DNA of 64,000 nucleotides from Candidatus Bathyarchaeota archaeon. GTDB taxonomy: Archaea > Thermoproteota > Bathyarchaeia > TCS64. The notes under the pieces were generated by a model. It was not told where the DNA came from. It searched no databases and was given only the letters and a program-made list of their open reading frames with translations. Shown in pieces: positions 58,892 through 64,000 of the stretch. Location of the stretch: assembly GCA_026014815.1 (NCBI GenBank), contig JAOZHP010000110.1, positions 1,047 through 65,046 of the forward strand, read 5' to 3'. Within the stretch, counting starts at the first letter, position 1, and each line of letters begins with the position of its first letter. Made by a program: the position numbers and the translations under genes.

Positions 58892-58961
58892 GCAGTGATA
58901 GCTTAATGGGAAAGCGCCGAGTTGAGTTCTCGGTGTCGGGGGTTCGATTCCCCCTCACTTT
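58892..58961 (+). ncRNA. tRNA-like element (GAG anticodon, short acceptor stem, short variable loop)
   Basis: AGTGA/TCACT, GCTT-AATGGGA-AAGC, CCGAG-TTGAGTT-CTCGG, GGGGG-TTCGATT-CCCCC; no CCA, followed by T-tract. Confidence 0.7.
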
Positions 58962-59029
58962 TACCTACAAAATGTTGCTCTCGAAACCTTTTTTATTACC
59001 ATTATTATAAAATAAATTGGTTCATGGAA

Positions 59030-59184
59030 GGCGGGTTAATCCCTTAATTCGCTGAAATTGAGCCAAGGTGGCCAACGTGGGTTGGTTTCCTCCTGCCTAT
59101 ATGTGCCGAAAGGAGCTTATGGGGGCTGGTGGGCTTGGGCTCATCGGCTGGGGGTGTGGACGTGGGTTCACACAGATCCCCCAG
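59030..59184 (+). ncRNA. Candidate ~155-nt multi-hairpin RNA
   Basis: TTATAAA at 59005; five consecutive G-U-rich hairpins, two with C-GTGG-G loops and one with C-TTGG-G. Confidence 0.5.
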
Positions 59185-59189
59185 AAAAT

Positions 59190-59687
59190 TTACTCACAAG
59201 CTTTTTGATATAATATTTCAACTACCTGTCTACAGTTAGAGACAAGCTCATTGACCTCATCTACATCCATTAATTCATGCGGAGCATATCCATCGTGAGG
59301 ATACTTCTCATGTGCGATCATGCCGGTAATACAGTCAATTATACTTGCTCTGGTGTCTGGGTCAGCTACGTCCGTGTGGGATATTCTTTCAATAACGACC
59401 GATGGAATGTCTGTTGATTCAACCCAACCATTTTCTATAGCGTATTCCCACAGATCTAATATACTATGCCCCATTCTTCCTCCAACAAATTGTCTAGGTA
59501 TATTACCTTCCTTAGCTTCGATTAAGCCCTTTAAAGCAAGTTCTACTGAATGTTTGGCTGAATAATCAGCAACTTCATAATTATGATATTGTTCTCGTTC
59601 AGCACTTTCATTGAACCTAAAAGAGGCAGTGAACCAAGCTCTCCAATTCTCCCTTGTTTGAGGCGGTGGCCCTCCTGAATATACCAT
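59190..59687 (-). CDS. HEPN domain protein
   Basis: A.YSAKHSVELALKG, GHSILDL and KYP motifs typical of PF05168-type HEPN domains. Confidence 0.75.
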   Translation of the reverse strand: MVYSGGPPPQTRENWRAWFTASFRFNESAEREQYHNYEVADYSAKHSVELALKGLIEAKEGNIPRQFVGGRMGHSILDLWEYAIENGWVESTDIPSVVIERISHTDVADPDTRASIIDCITGMIAHEKYPHDGYAPHELMDVDEVNELVSNCRQVVEILYQKACE

Positions 59688-59767
59688 GTTATCTTAAAAG
59701 TACGATGAAACTAAAATTATTTACGAGTTAGATACCTTAAAATGAATGTATAACATACCGTTCAATT

Positions 59768-60045
59768 ATGCAATATTGGATATTACCAGCTGTAGCAGGA
59801 TTCGCAGTGCATTAGTACTTATCCAATATAAGTCTAGGGCAAACACCGTTTTACTGAGTTTTATATCAGTGGTTTGTGGAGCATTAGGATCGATCATTGT
59901 GGGGGTGAGCTCAGATCAAATATTCGTATTCCTCATCGCGTTTGGGCTGTTGTTTTTTGTCTCATGGGTTATTCTACCACGGGGGCATAATGTACTCAAA
60001 GTACAGGACTTTCCCATATTGAGTGTCCTCGTAACCTGCCGCTGA
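59768..60045 (+). pseudogene. Probable frameshifted small membrane protein
   Basis: ATG 59768 MQYWILPAVAGFA continues after a one-base shift (~59808) into hydrophobic ALVLIQYKS...FGLLFFVSWVIL. Confidence 0.35.
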
Positions 60046-60273
60046 TATATTGTGGAGACTCGCTCGGGTAACAACGCTGAGTAATTCGTCTCTCGTCGAG
60101 ACCTTGAGGTTCCCGACCAGCAGTTGTAGTTTCACACCTTCAATGTTTATGCCCTTGATCTCAATTACTTTATCAAGACGTTCGATAAAATCTGCGATGT
60201 ATTCTCCCTCAAATGTATATTTGGTTCCTATACCTCTGATTCGTTCGATGCCCTGTTTTACTTCGTCGTTCAT
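59974..60273 (-). CDS. Hypothetical protein
   Basis: Globular ~100-aa ORF; start uncertain. Confidence 0.6.
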   Translation of the reverse strand: MNDEVKQGIERIRGIGTKYTFEGEYIADFIERLDKVIEIKGINIEGVKLQLLVGNLKVSTRDELLSVVTRASLHNISAAGYEDTQYGKVLYFEYIMPPW

Positions 60274-60311
60274 CTGGTTCAAGGGTTGACTGGTATGGTT
60301 GGAATTAACCT

Positions 60312-60584
60312 TTACTGGTACCGGTTGTGGTGCTGGGTTACCAGAGACGCTGTGGATAGTACCGCCATTATCCATGAGAGGATGTTGACTGCGTACCAAA
60401 AGTCTCGTGCCCACCACTTATTTACGCTCCAGATATAGAAGGGAAAATCAAAAACATCGCCGGGGAAAGCTGACGCGACCTCGATCTGCCAAAGGCTAGC
60501 CATGAGTAGCCCTGTGGATAAAACCATTCCTAGTAAGCTGAACATAAATATTTTATATGGGGGCTGCTCGTCAATTAGCTTCAT
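60312..60584 (-). CDS. Small two-TM membrane protein
   Basis: Two hydrophobic helices; GGGG SD-like site. Confidence 0.65.
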   Translation of the reverse strand: MKLIDEQPPYKIFMFSLLGMVLSTGLLMASLWQIEVASAFPGDVFDFPFYIWSVNKWWARDFWYAVNILSWIMAVLSTASLVTQHHNRYQ

Positions 60585-60677
60585 TTTCCCCCAAATCCAG
60601 CTGAGGGTTGGATTTAAACAATCCTAAAATCTCAGGTAAAACAGGTTTTTAGAAATGAAAATTAAGTAAAAAGAGTG

Positions 60678-61961
60678 CTACTTGAGCCTCGTCAAGTGCA
60701 CCGAGCATGAGATACATGGATCGTAGGCTCTTGCCATAACCTCTATGGCGTGCTTGATCGTCTCGTCGCTTGAGCCACTTAGGTTACCGGCGATGACTCG
60801 CACGTCTTTCTCAATGTTCGCGGCGTTCTGGGCTGTGGGGGTTATGATGTTTGCTTTTGTTATCCTGCCCTGATCGTCGAAGCTGTAATCGTGGTAGAGT
60901 ATACCTCGGGGAGCTTCTATTGCGTTGATTCCCCTGCTCTCATATACATCGAACTCCACGAGGTCCTCATCGTCGAGGCCGTTGCTCAGGAGTTCATCTA
61001 CGTCCATTATACATCTCTCAACGTCATGAACCAGCTCTATGGCTTGACAGAAGTTGTTGCTTATAGTGTTGTTACGATCTATGAGTTCCTTGTGTTGTTT
61101 ATATAACTCGTATGCCTTACCTTCGAGTTTATCTCCGTTCAAGTGGAGTCGAGGTAAGGCGCCCACCATGAAGGTTTTTCCCTTATAATTGCTGAACTTT
61201 GCGTAGCTATGCTTGATAACCTGTTCGTTGGTTAGCTTCTCGTACTCGGTCTCATGGACCCTCTCACCGGCGCTGGTCAAGATATGGTCACCCATATAGC
61301 CGAATCGTTCACCAGAATCCAACGCTAGAAGAAGGTTCTCAGATACATTATGCTTCGGAGGCACAACGTCTGCTAAGAGCTTCACTGCCAGTTCAGCCAC
61401 CGGCATCACCTCCTCCATGGACGTTCTTATGTCGAGTAACTCCTGCTGAGAGGGTACTTTACTGAAGCCTCCTACTCGCTCATTCATACCATGTACTTCC
61501 CTGCCGCTGAGGGTGTTGTGGATCTGGTTGCCAGCCTTCTTGAGGTTGAGAGCCATCTTCACGGCGTCAAGGTGCTCTGACGCCATGCTGAAAGCGTCTG
61601 GGAAGCCCAGAAAATCGGGTAAAGCCAACATATAGACGTGAAGAGCATGGCTCTCGATGGTCTCCCCGTGGATGAGCAGATCTCTTAGTGTATTTGTCTG
61701 CGGCGTAGGTTTAACTTTGAACGCGTTCTCTATAGCCCCTATGCTAGCGAGGCTGTGGGATGCAGTGCATATTGCGCAGATCCTTCTGGTGATATCTGGA
61801 ATCTTCTCGTAGTGAACGGTCTTTATGAGGCTCTCGAAGAACCGGGGACCCTCGAAGACGTTGAACTTGACGTCCTTCACCTTGTCACCGTCTAGGGTGA
61901 CCTCTATGCCTCCATGCCCTTCGACCCTCGTTAATTCCTCTATTTTAATTGTCTTAGTCAT
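60678..61961 (-). CDS. hydA: Group 3b [NiFe] hydrogenase large (alpha) subunit
   Basis: RVEGHG, L1 RICAIC, EAPRG, L2 DPCISCSVH. Confidence 0.95.
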   Translation of the reverse strand: MTKTIKIEELTRVEGHGGIEVTLDGDKVKDVKFNVFEGPRFFESLIKTVHYEKIPDITRRICAICTASHSLASIGAIENAFKVKPTPQTNTLRDLLIHGETIESHALHVYMLALPDFLGFPDAFSMASEHLDAVKMALNLKKAGNQIHNTLSGREVHGMNERVGGFSKVPSQQELLDIRTSMEEVMPVAELAVKLLADVVPPKHNVSENLLLALDSGERFGYMGDHILTSAGERVHETEYEKLTNEQVIKHSYAKFSNYKGKTFMVGALPRLHLNGDKLEGKAYELYKQHKELIDRNNTISNNFCQAIELVHDVERCIMDVDELLSNGLDDEDLVEFDVYESRGINAIEAPRGILYHDYSFDDQGRITKANIITPTAQNAANIEKDVRVIAGNLSGSSDETIKHAIEVMARAYDPCISCSVHLTRLK

Positions 61962-62732
61962 TCACTTGGCACCTCCAAGAAAGTCCTCTGGGAGCTCTCC
62001 GCTGAAGATTCTAAGCCTGTTCATGATAAATTCCTCCGTGTATCCCTTGTCGAGGAGCATCTGAAGCTCCGCCGCGAAGTTACTCCCATCCTCGACAGGC
62101 CCCCTGCAGCCGATGCAGTCGAGACCTAGGCCGGGGCATCTTGCTTCACAACCTGCCCGGACCACAGGTCCGAGGCATGGTTTGTTATCCTCCACTATAA
62201 CGCATGGGTACTCGTGGAGCTTGCACTCGACACAGACCGGGTATGAGTATCCAAGAGGGCTGTCACCGTGAAGCAGTGAGGTTATTGCTTTAACTACCTC
62301 GTCCTTCTCGACGGGGCAGCCAGGTATGCTGAAGTCCACCTTCACGTACTCACGGATAGGTTTTGACTCTAATGCGTCGTAGTAGTCTGGCTCGACTCCG
62401 TATACATCCTTGAGGCGCTGTGCCAATGTGGTCTCTCCGTTCCTCATTGCCTGGACGCAGCCATCAGTGGCGCAGTTCCCGAAAGCGATGAGGACGCTTG
62501 ATCGTTCTCTTATCTCTTTGAGATGCCTGAGATCGGTCTCGGTGGACACAGAGCCCTCCACGAAAGCAATGTCGATAGGCCCTGACTCCTTGTGGCTACT
62601 TCCCTCCTGAAAATCCACGATGTGGAACCTAGCTACTAGGTTTAGTAGCTCATCCTCCATATTGAGTATCTGTAACTGGTCACCCGCGCAGCCTGTGAGG
62701 CTGAATATGCCTAATCTTGGTTTAGTCATCAC
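61962..62732 (-). CDS. hydD: Group 3b hydrogenase small (delta) subunit
   Basis: GCAGDQ, EGSV, GCP, CLGP...GC...CP....CIGCRGP. Confidence 0.92.
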   Translation of the reverse strand: MMTKPRLGIFSLTGCAGDQLQILNMEDELLNLVARFHIVDFQEGSSHKESGPIDIAFVEGSVSTETDLRHLKEIRERSSVLIAFGNCATDGCVQAMRNGETTLAQRLKDVYGVEPDYYDALESKPIREYVKVDFSIPGCPVEKDEVVKAITSLLHGDSPLGYSYPVCVECKLHEYPCVIVEDNKPCLGPVVRAGCEARCPGLGLDCIGCRGPVEDGSNFAAELQMLLDKGYTEEFIMNRLRIFSGELPEDFLGGAK

Positions 62733-62741
62733 TGTTGCCTC

Positions 62742-63626
62742 CTAGATCATCCCCTTGGTGTTCATCGCGTCCCACAATGTGAACACAGGACCGTCCTTGC
62801 AGACGTACTTGATGGATTTGCCTGTGCCTACGATGCATTGACCGCACTGGCCGACGCCGCACTTCATCCTCCGTTCAAGCGTCATGTAGACTTGTTCAGG
62901 TGTGAAACCCATCTTCTCTAGCTCCATTACTGTAAACTTGTACATTATAGGTGGACCGCCTAGGATAGCAACTGTGTTGTCCGCTGGCTCATCCATGATG
63001 GCGAAGAGCTTGGTGACAAGACCGTTGGTTATCCTGTCATCTCTCTCGCTCACAAGGCCATTGAGGACAAGGTCTTCTTGGTCCTCGTAGCTGAGGTAGA
63101 GCTTGACTCCCTCGGCGTCGCCTTCCCTGAAATAGTGGAGTACATCATCCTTGAACAGCATCAAGTCGTATGACCTGATCCCGTATAGAACAATAATCTC
63201 ACCATACTTTTCCCTATTTTGAGTGGCATACTGGAGCACACCCCTGATAGGTGCAATGCCTAACCCTCCCGCTACTAGGAGAAGATCCTTGCCATAGAAT
63301 TCATCCATGGGGAACCCGTTTCCGTAGGGTCCCCTAACCCAAATTACGTCGCCTACCTTTTGACTGTGTATGGCGTTGGTTACCCTACCAGCGTTTCTTA
63401 TACAGAACTCCAGCTCAGAGTTGTCACTCTGGGCTGTGCATAGGGATATGGGTGCCTCACCTACACCCATGACTCCTAGCTTAACGAATTGACCAGGAGT
63501 GTAATTGAAGTTCTCTGCGTACTCTGGGTTTTGGAACTTTATAGTCACAAGGTTCTCGATCTCGGTCATCTTACGGATGTCTGTGATCCTTGCTTTGACT
63601 GGCTTCAGTGTGCTTTTGTTGCTCAC
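62742..63626 (-). CDS. hydG: Group 3b hydrogenase gamma subunit (FAD/NAD(P)-binding, 2Fe-2S)
   Basis: PGQF, GEAPIS, RGPYGNGF, GGLGIAP, ERRMKCGVGQCGQC, CKDGPVF. Confidence 0.92.
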   Translation of the reverse strand: MSNKSTLKPVKARITDIRKMTEIENLVTIKFQNPEYAENFNYTPGQFVKLGVMGVGEAPISLCTAQSDNSELEFCIRNAGRVTNAIHSQKVGDVIWVRGPYGNGFPMDEFYGKDLLLVAGGLGIAPIRGVLQYATQNREKYGEIIVLYGIRSYDLMLFKDDVLHYFREGDAEGVKLYLSYEDQEDLVLNGLVSERDDRITNGLVTKLFAIMDEPADNTVAILGGPPIMYKFTVMELEKMGFTPEQVYMTLERRMKCGVGQCGQCIVGTGKSIKYVCKDGPVFTLWDAMNTKGMI

Positions 63627-64000
63627 TTGATGTCACCTCTCACTTTCTGTAATATCTCAACGAAGTCTATATCGGCGGGGCAGAATACTGTACATCTTCC
63701 ACAGCCCACGCAGTTGGGCATCTCCTCTCTGAGACTGCCCTTACAGTTGATCCTATTCCTGAGCCGCTCCATAGATGTGGGCCTAAAGTTGTGGCCACCC
63801 GCCACTAATCCATGGTCCTTGAGCATACATGAGTACCACATCCTTACACGTTCACCCGTGTTCATGTCTAGATTAATGTAGTCCTGTACATCATAGCACC
63901 TGCAACGCGGGCAAACGAGGTTGCATGAACCGCAGCCTAGACATTTTTCCGCGTACTCCGCCCAGAGGGGATCATCATATGACATGTCCAGGTGGTCCTG
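63623..64000 (-). CDS. hydB: Group 3b hydrogenase beta subunit (partial)
   Basis: CLGCGSCNLVCP.C.C, WYSC, CVGCGRC...CP; runs off window. Confidence 0.9.
   Translation of the reverse strand, partial: QDHLDMSYDDPLWAEYAEKCLGCGSCNLVCPRCRCYDVQDYINLDMNTGERVRMWYSCMLKDHGLVAGGHNFRPTSMERLRNRINCKGSLREEMPNCVGCGRCTVFCPADIDFVEILQKVRGDIK

Noticed and set aside
58792-59010. 72-aa ORF from the track
   Set aside because: It is the translation of the tRNA-like elements, a typical shadow ORF
59026-59040. RNase P RNA 3' motif (GAAGGCGGGTTA)
   Set aside because: No matching 5' GAGGAAG...CC P4 strand or other conserved regions nearby
60678-64000. Hydrogenase operon as a novelty
   Set aside because: Standard beta-gamma-delta-alpha group 3b arrangement

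Overview
Archaeal chromosomal segment, indicated by TBP, MCM-GINS, Cdc6/Orc1, L7Ae/S28e/L24e, Rpo10, archaeal mevalonate/isoprenoid genes and an intron-containing tRNA-Tyr. Gene content suggests a TACK lineage such as Bathyarchaeia (inference only). Most of the window is housekeeping or heterotrophic metabolism: peptidases, a GH4 operon, glycine cleavage H/T, an HdrC-HdrB-formate dehydrogenase operon and a group 3b [NiFe] hydrogenase. Two accessory regions stand out. (1) A ~21.0-29.6 kb island at the 3' end of tRNA-Leu(CAG). Small cargo genes are separated by a repeated 28-bp site with 11-6-11 recombinase-site-like geometry, and three copies of a promoter plus two-hairpin leader show compensatory base changes, giving a cassette-array-like organisation. 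(2) A 57.1-59.7 kb locus with four candidate structured RNAs, each ~25-30 nt behind a TATA box, including tandem tRNA mimics with broken acceptor stems, converging on an orphan HEPN gene. RNA structures and some start codons were worked out by eye and need computational and experimental confirmation.
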